Positions 25,170-40,915 are shown, counted from the stretch's first letter. The stretch is 64,000 bases of DNA from Octopus vulgaris (GCA_951406725.2 OX597814.1:57164001-57228000); one strand, 5' to 3'. Notes: generated from the sequence alone by a model not told the origin. Numbers and translations are program-made.

Positions 25170-26585
25170 AGACATTCCCCCTGGCCTACTTATCCACAAG
25201 GGAACACACCTGAAACAAAAACCAAACTTGAGAGACCTACCAAGGAAAAAAGAAACCAGCACTGATGGCTCTAACACCACCAATATCACATCAAACAAGA
25301 CAAAAGAGCAAATAAAGAGCTAAAAAATAAAGCGAAAAAAAGGATGATGAAAGAAGTAAAAATGGAGCAAAAAGCAAGTATAACGAAAAAGTCGGACAGT
25401 CAATACACAAAGGACTACCTAAAAAAAAAGTCCTGTCCAGAAGCCGTTGTAAGGCCGCAGCTGAGCAAAATCTTTTTTTATGCATGGCTCAAAAGAATGT
25501 GCAACGACTAACCTGGCTTCATCAATTCCAGAGTCGAAACTGGCGTCACAGCCAATGGATCCAGGGTGGCCACCACTGGTATCAGCTAAGAGATGACACC
25601 AGTATACTTCACAAACGTAAGAGGACTGTTATAATTCCGTAACAGAAGCAAAATTACCTTCCTGACAGACCTAGTAGCATTCAGTCAAGTCTTAGGCATA
25701 GCACTTACGCCCCTAAAACCCGAATTCGCAGATGTAGAAATACACATACAAAACTATGTTGTATTGCGAAGCGATAGAAAAGATAGGAGTCATGGCGGTG
25801 TTGAAATGTACATCCTGCCTAATGTGAAATGGCCTGAAGTCCTTTTTCTCTCGGAAATGACGCGATGTGAGCAAAGCCAGGAGGAACCCCTGTTCAACCT
25901 CACCAATAAGTTATACTTAGAGCAAATAATACTCCAAACAACCAGGGCAAATAATGTACTTGATTTCTACTTGATAAACAATGTGAATCTCATCAATAAA
26001 GTGAAAGTGACACCAACACTAATCTCAGATCACAACATAATAGAGCTGACCATGTATGAACCAAAGGAACCCACAGACATGCAGTCTATGAGAAGCACCC
26101 AAAATCTATCCAATCTAAACTATCACAAAGCAGACCAGATATCAACTGAGAAAGAGATCACCAAATGGGACGGCACCAATGTCTCTCTACACCTGACATA
26201 GACATGAAATTGAAAACTTTCATGTCTGTAATGCAAGCCATATGCTACAATCAATTTTGTCTCAGAGGGAAGGGCCAATGCACATAAAAGCAAAATTACC
26301 AGGAAGAGAAATGTTCATATGAGACGGCGTACAAAGATTGCAAACCGCCTCAACAACGATCAATTAGAAGCTGCTTGCCATAGCTCTTGCAGCATTACGA
26401 CTAGGTGCTAAAACAACTGCTCAGAAACTCAAAACGTTGACGTAATATACCTTGACTTTACAAAAGCCTTTGACAAAGTCGACCACGGTATGCGAGATCT
26501 TGGCATAGTTGGAAAACTTGAAGAAAGGCTACATGACTTTCTAAAAGATAGATATCAGGTAGTGATGGTTAATGGGGCCACCTCA
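25170..26585 (+). mobile_element. CR1-like LINE fragment (APE and partial RT), left-arm copy
   Basis: RSDRKDRSHGGV, TRANNVLD, SDHN, YLDFTKAFDKVDH. Confidence 0.8.
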
Positions 26586-26731
26586 AACAGATGGTGTAAT
26601 GTAGCAATTTGCAACAACCAATAATTAACGCAACCAAACTTCTACATGTTATTTTTGACAATCTTTTTCCAAAGAGTGAAACCGGTAAAGTATATAAACA
26701 TGTTTTAAATTGCATTTTCAAACCTTCTTTC

Positions 26732-26802
<71 letters not shown>

Positions 26803-26929
26803 TAAAGATACATATATACATATATGTATATATGTATATTTATATATGTATATATATATATACATATATAAATATACATATATACATACATATATATATT
26901 TAACGGCGCGTTGGATGCACTCATGCAAG

Positions 26930-27420
26930 ACACGATGATGTATAATGATGGAACTCTATACGCGAGATGGTAGGTATCATGTTCTATTATTATGTATCCC
27001 CATCGGATTCCACTGAAGATCCACGGATAATGAGACCGCGTTTCTCGTTATTAGCCGATTTGGTATCTACTTTCAGCATGTAGGAATTTGGGGGATTTGC
27101 TGTGTGCACAGAGATCTATGTGCCCATTAAGTGGTATCTGTCTTGTGGTGAGATCCACAATTGTTGGCGATGGACTGTCATCCTTTCTCTGAGAGTAAGG
27201 CTCGTTTACCCTATGTAATCTTTGTGGCACCCTTCGTACCTTATGACATAAAGTAAATTCTTTGATGCGCAGGTGAAGTTATTTTTTAAAACAAAAGTGT
27301 GTCCCGACTGGAATTTGTATATTCTTCCTTCAATGAGGTGGATGCAAGTCTTATAGTTGGGACGACCACATTTTTTGACGGTGGGCGGTGGTCTTGTGTT
27401 GGGTAGTTTTGCATTGATTC
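26930..27420 (-). mobile_element. Penelope-like GIY-YIG fragment
   Basis: Minus strand KKCGRPNYKTCIHL...NFTCASKNLLYVIR-GCHKDYIG*T-LRERMTVHRQ. Confidence 0.8.
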
Positions 27421-28888
27421 ATACATACATATGTATATATATAGTGAAGGTGCATGGCTCAGTGGTTAGAGCGTCGAGCTTACGATCGTGAAGTAGGGAA
27501 TAAAATTCCGGCGTCACAGGGATTCAAATAAATTGAATTATTCTCGATAAGGAAATATATTTTATTTAGAGATAGAAGTCCCCATGCAATTCATCAAATC
27601 CTAATATACATCACACCATGTCATAGAATTTTATTTTAATACTTACTATTTCAGTTCAAAATTTCTCTTCTACACGTGTTTCATGAGGTGCGTTTAACGT
27701 TCCCGATCCGTAAAATCTGAACTTGAAAAAAATGCAGAATAGTGTAATGAAATCTAATTGAAAACCCTGCATGCATTGGCAGAATTTAGTTATTTGGAGA
27801 TGTTGAAAAAATGTCTATTAATGCAATGTGTAAATTAATTAACGCAATATGTATATAACTGTTTAGATATTGATTTAGAATAGACGAAGAATAACTATTT
27901 TATTTCTTTAATTATGAAACATAAGGAATCAGAGACTTACTTGAGATCAGTGCTGCTGCATTAGAGCAGCTTGTGAAGTAGAAGCACCCAGTCGTACTCT
28001 GACTCGTCGTAGCATTTTAAAGGTGAACTGATTTATTAAAGGTAATATATGAATGTAGTATATATATGTGTAGAAATATATAAATGAAATGTTAGAAGAA
28101 AGTGCAATAATAATGTTCACACTCATTGATGGTCGCTGTCAGTAACTGCGTTTAGCTTATGGAGTTCTTGTTTTCAAAAAGAAGCCAGAAAGATAGACAT
28201 ATTGTTGAGAACAAATTATTTCGTTGGAGGTCTGTTATCTCCATTCCGGCTCCTGGTAGCCTAGAAGAGAAAAGCGCTATTGAAGTGTTAAGTGAAATTT
28301 GGCAATCGAGGATCGAATCCACGCTATGCTTTCATGAAGCCACTACAAATGCGTTGTGGAAAAAATATTTATCTGCTGTCATGGAGCAAGTGTAACTGTA
28401 AAAATTCAAAATTATCAGAGTAATGGGCATTCAAAAACATATGTATGTACAGAAATGTATGAATAAAGTGCTTAAGGCTTAAGATTCAAATTAAGGTAGT
28501 GCAATAATAATGTTTAGCAGTTCAAGACTGTGAGTAGTGAAATGCAGAATTAGGTCGGCTGATCGTTGGTTCAAAGTAATTGAACATAAACAATGAAATG
28601 GGTTATTTCCCTTGAGTGTTTTAAAAAAATATTTTGTAGTGGGTATGAGTTATATCCCTTGGGTATTTTAAGAAAAGAAATAGTTATATAAGGTATATAT
28701 AAAGGTCTCTTCCAGGGGGCGTATTATCGATATTTTTCAACAATCTAAGTATGTCACGAGGTTACCAGACATGAGTTCTACCCACGTGTCAATTTTGATC
28801 AAAATCAATAAAACGATGTAGGAGGAGTTAGCTAACAACGCCACAAACAAACACACACCGATTTTCCACATATGTAGTTGATATATAC

Positions 28889-28922
<34 letters not shown>

Positions 28923-29847
28923 TATCGTCGATGGATCCCAAGTTAACTCACAATAGATTTGATCAAAAGTAAATTTCATTTAACTAAGGTACCTTCAGCT
29001 TGATGAGTAGCTAGTGGAGTAACCCTCGATGAGTAATTATTACTTTAGAGATTCTGTTAGGAAACATATGTAGATTGGAATTTACCTATTCCAACCCCTG
29101 AATTCGAATTTTTATTCGCATACATAGCAACATTAGGGGGAAAATTTACAACCTTCTATGCCAATAAACTACTATTTTTCCTGAAAGTAGTTTTTATACC
29201 TTCTGCGGACTGCTCGAAATTTACGAACTTCCTACGCCTGAATCTTTAGATCTTATAATTATATATCATGTTCACACACACACACACATATATACATATC
29301 GTCAGCGGATCATATATACACTCTAAAATTTTGAGCAGTAATGTTGTTAAATATATGTCCGGTTCAATATATTTTACATGCAGTTAAATATAAATCCAGT
29401 CATAGAATGACCAATGGTTTCACATCCATAAAGCGCTTAGTCTTATACACGATTCGTCAGACTCCAGTAGTCAGACATTCATCAGTACTGTGTGTTATGC
29501 AGATGACGGTAATGGTTTGATTGGAAGATATTTTCAAAAGAGAAGTAACAGTGAATGAAATAATAGAAACGATAGGGCGCTGAACTTGTTACTAAGCAAC
29601 TTTTAGTATTTTCAAATAGGTTCCGAGTTTAAATCACCGTTGCTTTGATTCTGTCTTCTATCTCTCTGTATCGCATATAATTCTGTAGAAAATATATTTC
29701 AAGATTTTTAGCTTGATCAGTATTTCATAGACTTGCTCCTCGATGTATGTATGTATGTATGTATGTATGTATGTATGTATGTATGTGTATATGATTATAT
29801 ACATTACATACACATACATGCAGGCATACATAAATACATAGATACAT

Positions 29848-29934
<87 letters not shown>

Positions 29935-29944
29935 GAGCTGTAAC

Positions 29945-32395
29945 TTTTTGCAGAATCTAGTTCTGTATCCTGGTGGCAATTCTAGGGATTTTGGTACTAT
30001 GCAGTGGCACCCAGTCCTGCTGTTTATGTCACTGACAATGCCAAAATTTGGAACAAGTTTTTCTAGGATTTTCCAGACGTATATTACAGCGTATCTTTCC
30101 CGCCTTCGCTCTAGGAAGTAGAGTCTTAAATCTACCAGTCTCTTCCAGTAGCTGATATATCGCATTGTATCGATCTTCTTCGTGTAGCTTCGCTTGATCA
30201 CCTCGTATTCTGTCGTTAATTTTGCACTGTTTGGTGACCACAGTTGGAAGCAGTAAACCAGACGGCTGAGAACGAAAGTCCTCCAGAAGACCATCATGAC
30301 TTCCTTTTCTCTTGTTCTGAAAGTTCGAAGAATCCATCCTGCCAGATGTTTGTATTTTATTGCCAACTTCGTAATGTGCACCTGGAAAGATGCTTCATTA
30401 CTCATGCCGATACACAGGTCACGCACTGATTTTGATTCGAGAATTGGAATCCCACCTGGGCCAGTGTATTCTATCTGCTTTTCATTGAGCTTCCTGTGTT
30501 GGTAGCGCAGGGCTTGGAATTTTCCAACTGCATGTTATTTTCTTCAGCCTACTTGTATATTACGTCCAACTCATGTTGTAGATACACAACGTCTCCAGTA
30601 TTTTGTATCCTCTGAGAGTCTTTTGTATCATCTGCATAGCTAGCAAGGGTGGCTACTTGAGCAGCTGAGGGCATTCCAGATAGGGCCAATATGAATAGCT
30701 CCGACCACAGGACAGTGTCCTGTGGAACACCACTCATTGCTTGTTTTCTCGGAGGTGGCCCCATTGACCACCACTACCTGATATCTATCTTTTAGAAAGT
30801 CATGTAGCCTTTCTTCAAGTTTTCCAACTATGCCAAGATAACGCATACCGTGGTCGACTTTGTCAAAGGCTTTTGTAAAGTCGAGGTATATTATGTCAAC
30901 ATTTGAGTTGCTGAGCAGCTGTTTTAGCACCCAGACGTAATGCTGCAGGAGCCATGGCAAGCAGCTTCTAATTGGTCGTTGTTGAGGCGGTTTGCAATCT
31001 TTGTACGCCGTCTCATATGAACATTTCTCTTCCTGGTAATTTTGTTTTTATGTGCATTGGCCCTTCCCTCTGAGACAAAATTGATTGTAGCATATGGCTT
31101 GCATTACAGACATGAAAGTTTTCAATTTCATATCTATGTCAGGTGTAGAGAGACATTGGTGCCGTCCCATTTGGTGATCTCTTTCTCAGTTGATATCCGT
31201 TCTGTTTGTGGTAGTTTAGATTGGATAGATTTTGGGTGCTTCTCATAGACTGCATGTCTGTGGGTTCCTTTAGTTCATACATGGTCAGCTCTATTATGTT
31301 GTGATCTGAGATTAGTGTTGGTGTCACTTTCACTTTATTGATGAGATTCACATTGTTTATCAAGTAGAAATCAAGTACATTATTTGCCCTGGTTGTTTGG
31401 AGTGTTATTTGCTCTATGTATAACTTATTGGTGAGATTGAGCAGGGGTTCCTCCTGGCTTTGCTCACATCGCGTCATTTCCGAGAGAAAAAGGGCTTCAG
31501 GCCATTTCACATTAGGCAGGTTAAACTTTCCTATATGAAACTCATCTATTATTGCAAGGCAGTCTTCGAATAGGTCCAAGTGATTTGAAGCATCTATTGG
31601 GCGATATGTAGTACATATGACTTTGTCGGGTTGTCTTATATGTACAATTAGCGTGTTACATACTGAATTTGAACGTGACAAATGGATCTGGAGCGTGAGA
31701 TCTTCACGGATGTACATTCCAACACCGCCATGACTCCTATCTTTTCTATCGCTTTGCAATACAACATAGTTTTGTATGTGTATTTCTACATCTGCGATGT
31801 CAGGTTTTAGGGGCGTTTTAATGTGTGCTATGCCTAAGACTTGACTGAATGCTACTAGGTTTGTCAGGAAGGTAATTTTACTTCTGTTACGGAATTATAA
31901 CAGTCCTCTTACGTTTCTGAAGTATACTGGTGTTATCTCTGAGCTAATACCAGTGGAGGCCACCCTGGATCCATTGGCTGTGGCGACCTTGCGTGTTGGT
32001 GGGGACTGTTTCGACTCTGGAATTGATGAAGCCAGGTTAGTCGTTGCACATTCTTTTGAGCCATGCATAAAAAAAGATTTTGCTCAGCTGCGGCCTTATA
32101 ACGGCTTCTGGACAGGACTTTTTTTTTTTAGGTAGTGCCTTTGTGTATTGACTGTCCGACTTTTTCGTTGTACTTGCTTTTTGCTCCATTTTTACTTCTT
32201 TCATCATCCTTTTTTTCGCTTTATTTTTTAGCTCTTTATTTGCTCTTTTGTCCTGTTTGATGTGATATTGGTGGTGTTAGAGCCATCAGTGCTGGTTTCT
32301 TTTTTCCTTGGTAGGTCTCTCAAGTTTGGTTTTTGTTTCAGGTGTGTTCCCTTGTGGATAAGTAGGCCAGGGGGAATGTCTACGCTTGTTGTCAC
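29945..32395 (-). mobile_element. CR1-like LINE, internally deleted and disrupted
   Basis: APE motifs (31139..31759), LDFTKAFDKVDH, SGVPQ-TVL, YADDTK, GWILRTF, LERRRERY. Confidence 0.88.
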
Positions 32396-35300
32396 ACGCA
32401 CACACACACACACACACATAACAAGGAATGAAGTGAAGCTGAAAATGCACTACAGGAAAATACAATTATATATTTAAACTGTTATCTCCCTTACAACCAC
32501 TTCATCTCATTTCATAGCATCATTTGTATTTTTTAACGAATAGGCGAAATGAATTTTTTTCTCATTAAAGAGTTGTTCTTATTTGAAGTAGACCGTGTTA
32601 CCTATGAGATTGATGCGGCTTCCGCAGTTGGGGCGAATATACTTTTGACTGTTGGAGTTGTGCTTTTGGAGAGGTGATTTGCTGGTAAATAATTTCTTTT
32701 CTGATTTGGTATGTATTTTATTATAGCATTTTCGTCTATAACATCTTCAATTTTCTAATTAGTATTCATAGAAGTTCACACTGTGTTTTAATTTAGATTG
32801 TTCATACATTTGAACTTATAGATATGTCTTGACTAAATTCATATATGTAGCAGCAACCTTCGTCACCATCGTTGTCCTAGACAAATTCTTTGAAAATGTA
32901 GTCGTTGAATTCGAAAACATTATTTTGTAGTATGAATATTATCCCTTAAATAATTAGTCTTTTGTCTATTTAGCGTGGGATTTCATTTGGGAATTATTTA
33001 AGCCGGAAATTCTAAGGCTTCTAGTCCACAGTGGGATAGTAGAATAGAAGCTTACAACATCAAATGATACGATCATACTGTCCTTGTCAACGTTTACTAC
33101 GAAGGTGGTCTATCAGATTTATGATGGGCAAAGACCCTGAAACATGCGTGTCTCTAGATGCAGGCCTAGCTGTTAGGGGTATTTGTCTCCCCTTCGTAAA
33201 TATATAAGGACACAGGAAATGTGTCGAGGCCGACAGAAAGCGTCGATGCTTCCTCGGGCTAAACAGCGGTGGTGTAATTCCCTTACTGTCACGTTAAGTT
33301 GACAGTATACAACCACTCTATCACCCCACCACCGTACATATCTCAATGAGATATTTAGAAATTGAATACTTCTGATTTTGGTGATCAGTGAATAAACTTC
33401 ACTGAAAATTATATAGATATATTTACGAAGTCTAGACAGATATCTTCAGCTAGCAGATGTTTTTGAATTTTTCCTCGGATTACGTCAAATATTTTTCTGT
33501 TGCTGCAAGCCGTTGTGTGAGTTCGATTCCGTTTGTCTTTTTGTTTTGTGTTACACGTGAAAAATTTTTGAACTGTTGTTTTTTGACTCAGTAATTTTCG
33601 CCCTTCAGGGTAGAAAATTTCTGTGTTTTTTGTGTGAACTGTTAACCTGTATAGGTTATTTTTGAAAAATTCCCTAGTCATTTGTGACAAGTTTCTTGTT
33701 TTCTATAATGGAAATTGACTTAAATTCAAAAAAAGATTTTCCCGAGATGGGAGAGGGCACAACCGTTAACAAACAAAAGGTTACACAGGCAAAACCAAGT
33801 TTCTCTGACGCCGTAGGCGGCAACGTGGTAGAAATGGAAGTAGCAATGGAGAAGCTCTTCCAGTTCAGAAAGTTAATTTTAAAAAACGGTGAAGAAACGC
33901 GATTAATACCGCCCCCTGAAACTATGCAGGCAATTCGAGAAAAGACGGTTACTTATAAAGTATATAATATAAAAGAAAAAAAGAATAACCGACGTGAAAA
34001 ATGATATAGTCGAAAAGTGTATGGCGCCAATATGGAATAAGGTTCATTACGTCAGCCGAGGTGCGAGAAGCGCTACAATAGAAGCTCATTCCGAGTCGGC
34101 TGATATAGCGAAGGAAATTTCAACACAAACATTGAAAAGCGAACATATCCTATTACTACCCTTGTATTTGGGGCATAGGACGGCGAAAGTTACAATTGAG
34201 GACATACCAAGGGGCTACGAAGTGATGTGGGCGGCAACAGCGGTCATATTTGATGTGGAGGAAAAATTAACAATATTGAGCATGAGGAAGAAAGAGGCAA
34301 CAAACTGGAAAGGCCAACAGCTTGAGATGATTATTCAAGCAGAAAATTCTACGCTGGAAAGCTTGCCAGATAGGGTCTTCGTGTGGGAGGGGCATGCCAT
34401 ACGTGTATCGGTAGAGGGACACAGGCCTAGATGTTTCTAGTGCGGGCAAAAGGGCCATGTTCGCTCCGTATGTACGAAAAAAAAAAACGGTCAACGACCC
34501 TCCTCAAAACGCTGTGAAAAACACAGAGAACAACAAAGCAGACAACACAGCAACAACAAAAGAAAACACGGAAAAGAAAAAACAAACTGAATTTCAAAAA
34601 GAGAAAATGTAGTCGTTGAATTCGAAAACATTATTTTGTAGTATGAATATTATCCCTTAAATAATTAGTATTTTGTCTATTTAGCGTGGGATTTCATTTG
34701 GGAATTATTTAAGCCGGAAATTCTAAGGCTTCTAGTCCACAGTGGGATAGTAGAATAGAAGCTTACAACATCAAATGATACGATAATACTGTCCTTGTCA
34801 ACGTTTACTACGAAGGTGGTCTATCAGTTTTAAATCATTTCTTATAAAGCTTTGTATAGGTTTCGAAATGAGATTCAACAGTATGACTGTCGAAGCCCGA
34901 TTTGAAACACTCAGGCATATGCACACACACGCACACACACACACACACACAAACGTACACGTGCATGCGTGCACTTACACACACATACTCAAAACTTACA
35001 ATCACATTCATGCACACAGACATATTTTAAATGTAAGCTGGGTATTACAGCAAGCACATGCTTAAAATATGTAACTATATACATACCTACAAATATACAA
35101 ACACACTCTCACCCATATATACTGACATTTTGCATAGGTATATTGATTGTGTGGTGGTTAAAATAATAAAGCGTCGATATAAATATCATGCAGTATTATG
35201 TTTCATCTCTTCTATATATTCAGAACGTAAGACAACTCTGTGTTAATAGTTTTCATAACAATGATTGCAACTGAAACGATTGGGAATGTTTTTTTTTAGA

Positions 35301-36692
35301 TTTGAAAGCGCTTTGTTCTTAAACGAACAAAACGCTTTCAAATCTAAGAAACCATAAACGTCTGCTTCTCAACTCACACCTCAATTCCTTTTATGCACTA
35401 ATAGCTAATTATGCATACTTTATAAACAATTCGCTTTTAACGAAGCAAAACAAAACTAGATATCTCTACAACCCTTCTTAAAATCCCACAAATATATTTA
35501 TTAGTAGCAAAATAAGACAGTAAAATACACGAACGCGCGCGCAGATACACACACATACACACACGTACACACACAAACGTACATACACACGCACACACAC
35601 ACACATTCACGCACAGATTTAGTAGATAAAACTATGCATACCAAACACCCTCTCCGTGCCAGCAGTTTTATCCAAAGGAAAGACAAAGGCCGATACAGCT
35701 TGGCACCAGTAACGTCGCAATTCATTTCTGCAGCTGAGTGAACTGGAGTAACGTGAAATAAAGTATCATTCTCAAGATTATAGCACACAGCCCAGTCCGG
35801 GAATCGAACTTACTACATCATGATTGTGAGTCAGATGCTCTAACCACTGAGCCGAGTTCACGCTAAGCCTATACGTCATTTAAACACTTCAGCCAACGTT
35901 TTTCCTAATAGAAAACTACAACCGAAATATAAGTAGATTGGCAATATATGTGAAGGGGGCGGAGATGATTCGAGAGTTCCAGGGTATTGAGGAGTGTGAA
36001 ATAAACCTCATAGCCACCATTGTTCCCAGGTTGTTCTGACTCAGAATAGCAGCGCCTGTCAGGGCCTCAGCTGTGGGTTAATTAGTATGTTTGGACTTGT
36101 CTACCTATGTATGGGAAGGCTTCTTCTGGCGGACTCTGCGGAAGAAGCGTTTATAGTTCAACAGAAAGAAAAGCAGCTACAACAATGCATTGTGAATGCA
36201 GAGAGCAAGATGAAGCAACTAAAACATCATGTTAGCCACTGTCTCAGTTTCCATCGCCAGTTGTCTTGACCTGGTCCTGCTACAGCATGCATTGAAGACA
36301 GTTACAGAAAGAGAATGACATTGACAGTGCGTAATTCTTCACTTTAATCAAAGTCGCCACACAGGTCATCGGTCGTCCTTAAGGATAAGCAGATGTTCTT
36401 CGTCGCTTCGACAGATGTAGATGTGTATTTTAGTAATGACTGGAAATAGTACTTGTGCTTTATTATTTACGGGCTCTCATATATATATATATATATATAC
36501 AGATAAGAGAAAAAAATCTATCAGAAAGGAACTCTATCTCTCTTTAAAAAATATCTTTTGATAAGCATAACAAATGCGCAACCGGTAAAAAGAACTTTCA
36601 CCTAATTAAATACACTCTCCCTTACTTAAATTATTTTGTCAGCATTTTCTTCAATTCCTTTTTTTATATGTCACAACTCGTGTTCCACATCT

Positions 36693-36741
<49 letters not shown>

Positions 36742-39094
36742 CATATATATATATATATTTGTATATATATATATACAGACATATATATATATATATATAT
36801 ACTCTGTCAGGTCGCTATCAAGCGCTACTGGTAACATGTAACCCAGTAAGAACCTGTTGCAGAGGTGTATGAGTAACGCAAAACGTATGAGTTAAAGAGT
36901 GTCTGAACCTTCTCATACTTAATCACTTTCTCACGCAATCACTACATTCTAAAGTTAGTTTTTCAAGACATTTATCACATCATCGATTTACAACCAACCA
37001 AGTTCAAACCAGCCATATTTAAATTAATAACTATTTTAATTCGCACATAGAATAGACCAACGCGGGGTGGAGCTAAGTGTGCTGTCACTTTTGATAAAAT
37101 ACGTATATACATGAGGGGGTGCCAGAAAAGTTTCTGGCTTTTAGTAAAAGAAAATAGAGGAAGAGAAGTTAATTATAGTTTTAGTCAACATATTCCCCTC
37201 TCAGATTTACACACTTATTGCAGTAATCCTTCAGTTTTTCTAAGCCATGTAAAAGAAAGACATAAGATGAATTCAACAGAGGACATTGCTTGTAATTCCC
37301 GAAAGGGATTAACGAATATTTACGGACAATTGTAAACATTTCGGCTCTGCCATCTTACTCTCTTATAGGTATGCAAATACTGGGAAAATATCGACACATC
37401 ATCGAAATTAAACTACGCAAATGACAGGGATCCTAAGATCAGTTTAGCTTATTGAGAAATCTGGTTGCGGGAAACACATTTACCCGGTGTACTTGGAGGA
37501 AGCAAGACAGAGAGAGGAGGGAAAGGGCGGTAGAAATTCCCCACAGTTATAGCCGAGTGGCTAAATGCTACGAAGCAATATAGCTCTTGGTTCGATCTCT
37601 GGGTGCAATACTTTGGTTAGATGTTTTCTTCTTGACTATAGGATTTACCAAAAATTTATGTGTAAGACTTGACAGACCGAAATAATTAAGTAGCCAATCA
37701 TAAACACACACACACGCACACACACACACGCGCGCGCACAACTTCGTCATAAATCCAATTTTTAAAAATAAGTATCATGGTAATTTGCATGCAGTGTGAA
37801 ATATGTGTGAAATATGTATGAAATACAGTGTGACTATGTCTGAAATACTTTGGTATGAAGAGTATTATAACGAATTTACTTATTCGAACTTAAAGATCAT
37901 ATTTTGTACATTTTCTAATTTTATATTAAGAACTCGGTTTAATAATTTTCGTAACATCGTAATTCACGCACGAGTCTCTTTTCCTTTTAAGACTCCACAG
38001 AATGTACAACATATAGTGATTCCAATATTTTTTAGCAACAATGCCATACTTTTTAAGGTTTATTTATGACATTTTGTAACCCTTTTGAACTGTGCAATTT
38101 TCAATTCTAGTGTATATTTTGTTAACCTTTTATTTAAATTTTCACAAATTAGTTGTGAAGAGGTTAAAATGACAGAGTCAAAGAAAATATCAAGCAGTAT
38201 TTCGTTTTGTCCCTAATACATTCTGGAATTTAAACTATATAAGCAGCTGGTTTATATTGGGGTCTGTTTAATCGACTGTGTCTCATGTCCTATATTTTTG
38301 TAATCAATGTATCTAAACGCTTTTAAGTAAACACAGTAGCAGCAGTGTTTTACAGGATTTGAGTTATAAGGAAGCGATGCGTATAGTTTTCACCACAATT
38401 ATAATAATGGGAGAGAAGGGTTACGGCTCAATCCTGATTTAACAAACCCCACTTATTTATGAAGTACACACGCACCAGGTATTTTCATGCGTTTTTATTT
38501 AAATATAAGCAAATTGTAAAGAAATGGTATGAATTAGAGCAAAAGAAATTTAGGTAAAATAAATCGTTAGCTGATAATTCTACTATCCTTCATAGAACTC
38601 CATAAAATAAGAACACAAAAGCAACTCACACACACATACACACACATATTCATACATATTTATATGCGCACACTCACAAACACACTCATGCAAACGCTAT
38701 ATGATAAACTATAAAAGGAATTTAGACACAACCATTAAACAATTTCAAATGCAGCGTTAATATTATTTTTTTTCAATTTCAGAATTATCTCCATCATCCT
38801 TGTTATCCACTAGAGAAACGTGACTATAATGGACCTCTGTCATCATTGCAATAAGATGATGTCGAGGTTTTGGGAACTTTGACGAACGTTGGTGCATTAT
38901 TGTTCCTCTTTAAAATTTAACCCAAAAGAAATTTGAACGCATTAATTTTCTCATGGATATTAGTTTTGTTTGTCAGAATGATTTATTCTAAAACCTGTAT
39001 TGTGTTCCAGGTATTCTGGCTTTTATCTCGACAGTGACCTCTTGTCGTGTCCTCATTAACAAGGTTCTTCATAGCACAACCGAACCGTCTTTGG

Positions 39095-39149
<55 letters not shown>

Positions 39150-39351
39150 CATTATTATCATTATTATTATCATTATTATTATTATTCAATTTAACGCGAC
39201 GAATACATTTTCAAATAAGCTTATCTTCATCTTTTTGATACGACTCTCTACTCTATACTGTTTTCTTGCTCCATCCTTTTCTAATTCCCTTTTTCTCTCT
39301 TTCCTCCTTCACCGTTTTATAACTGTCTATCTATCTCCCCCTCTTTCTCTT

Positions 39352-39394
<43 letters not shown>

Positions 39395-39896
39395 TCATAC
39401 GTGACCATCGTCCATCTTTCTTTTCCTCATGTGTCGATCATTCTTTTCCAGCACGAGCATTTAAAAGACGGACGTGTTGTTCTCTCTCTCTCTCTTCTAT
39501 CTTTTCTCTTTACAAAAAATGTGTCTCCCAGTGTTCACTATTTCTCTCTCGTTCTGGTGTAACGACCCTCCATGATTGTTTTCGTTCGGTTTCCTTGTAT
39601 GTCTCCACTGTCACATTTTAGTTCCCAACCTTGACCTTCCATAGATCCTAAGTTTTATTTTAGAATGAATGGGAGCAACTGTCTTTGAAGACTAATATTC
39701 TCGTTGAATGCTCGAAATGAGGAGTAGATAGACTGCCAACAACTGATGAAGTGTCATTAACTTAATTTTCATTTGACGGATATTTGTCCTCATCTTGTTT
39801 GTTGTTTACACGTTTCGGTTGATATAATCTCCAGCCTTCATCAGGTGTCATGGAGAAATTTCTAACCTGGGTTCTCATTCCTAAGGTATCTTTCGA

Positions 39897-39899
<3 letters not shown>
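30752..39899 (-). repeat. Inner right arm of large inverted duplication, with extra blocks 33117-34827 and ~37900-39095
   Basis: Reverse complement of 19940-26585. Confidence 0.95.
33117..34602 (+). mobile_element. 5' region and ORF1 of an L1/Tx1-like element, 3'-truncated
   Basis: ORFs 33684..34004 and 33994..34440 ending RPRCF*CGQKGHVRSVC knuckle; flanked by a 225-bp direct repeat. Confidence 0.75.
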
Positions 39900-39960
<61 letters not shown>

Positions 39961-39973
39961 TTTATTTTTGTTG

Positions 39974-40031
<58 letters not shown>

Positions 40032-40871
40032 CATCATTATTATTTCCTTCTTTCTTCAAATTTTCTTCCGTTTCTCGACGAGTATTTTCCCGTAAACCTA
40101 TGCATTGCCAGGATTAGTTCGAAAGGAACCCTCCCTTCGTCAGTGATACATGTGGCAAAGAAGTAAATGAGATACTTACTCATACCCATGGAAAAAGCAA
40201 ACACTAAGTCATGAGCACAACTAAGTACCCCAAATAAATCCAAAATAGAAATACTCAAGCCCATTCAAGACACGTGCGATTTGAACTGAGGCACTCACAG
40301 AGTGGGAGAGTCCGGAAGTGAACATTATTAAATTTATATCTAATGTAGGATAAAATTTTTTCGAAAAAAATTTTTATCGATGGCCAGCATATTAAAAAAT
40401 ACCTTTAAAGGTTAAATTATAATCAACTTATAAATAAGGGCAAACAAAAAAATTTCTAATGCTAAATATGCCGAAAGTTGGGCATATTGTCCATTTACCA
40501 TATAATTTTTTTCCCAGTACGCACGCTACTCGAAAAAAGGCCGACAGAAATCTCTAAAATATTCCATTATTACCATATCGAACCGATTTCAGGGTTAGTT
40601 CAAAAAGAACCCTCTCTTCGTCAGTGGGAGACATCAATTGCATATATATGTATATATGTAAGTCTATGTGTATGTCTTAGTGTTTCTCCCTCATCACTGC
40701 TTCACAACTGGTGTTCGTTTATTTACATCCACATAACTTACTGGTTTCACAAGAAGAAACTGATAGAATAAGTACCAGGCTTATCAAAATAAAAAAAAGC
40801 ACTAGGCAGTTGTATCTATCAATTTATCTTTGTATCGTGTGTGTATCTCTCTCTCTCTCTCTCTCTCTCTG

Positions 40872-40915
<44 letters not shown>

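Noticed and set aside
28159-28395. 78-aa ORF in the palindrome spacer faintly resembling a transposase C-terminus
   Set aside because: No catalytic motif or TIRs identified
33121-33155. Hammerhead-like tgatggg..ccc tgaaac..gtc at the 5' end of the LINE insert
   Set aside because: Core and stem I are incomplete; too weak to call
38765-38823. Strong-looking splice acceptor (tttttttcaatttcag) with a short open frame
   Set aside because: No recognisable protein or partner exon; cannot be supported without RNA data
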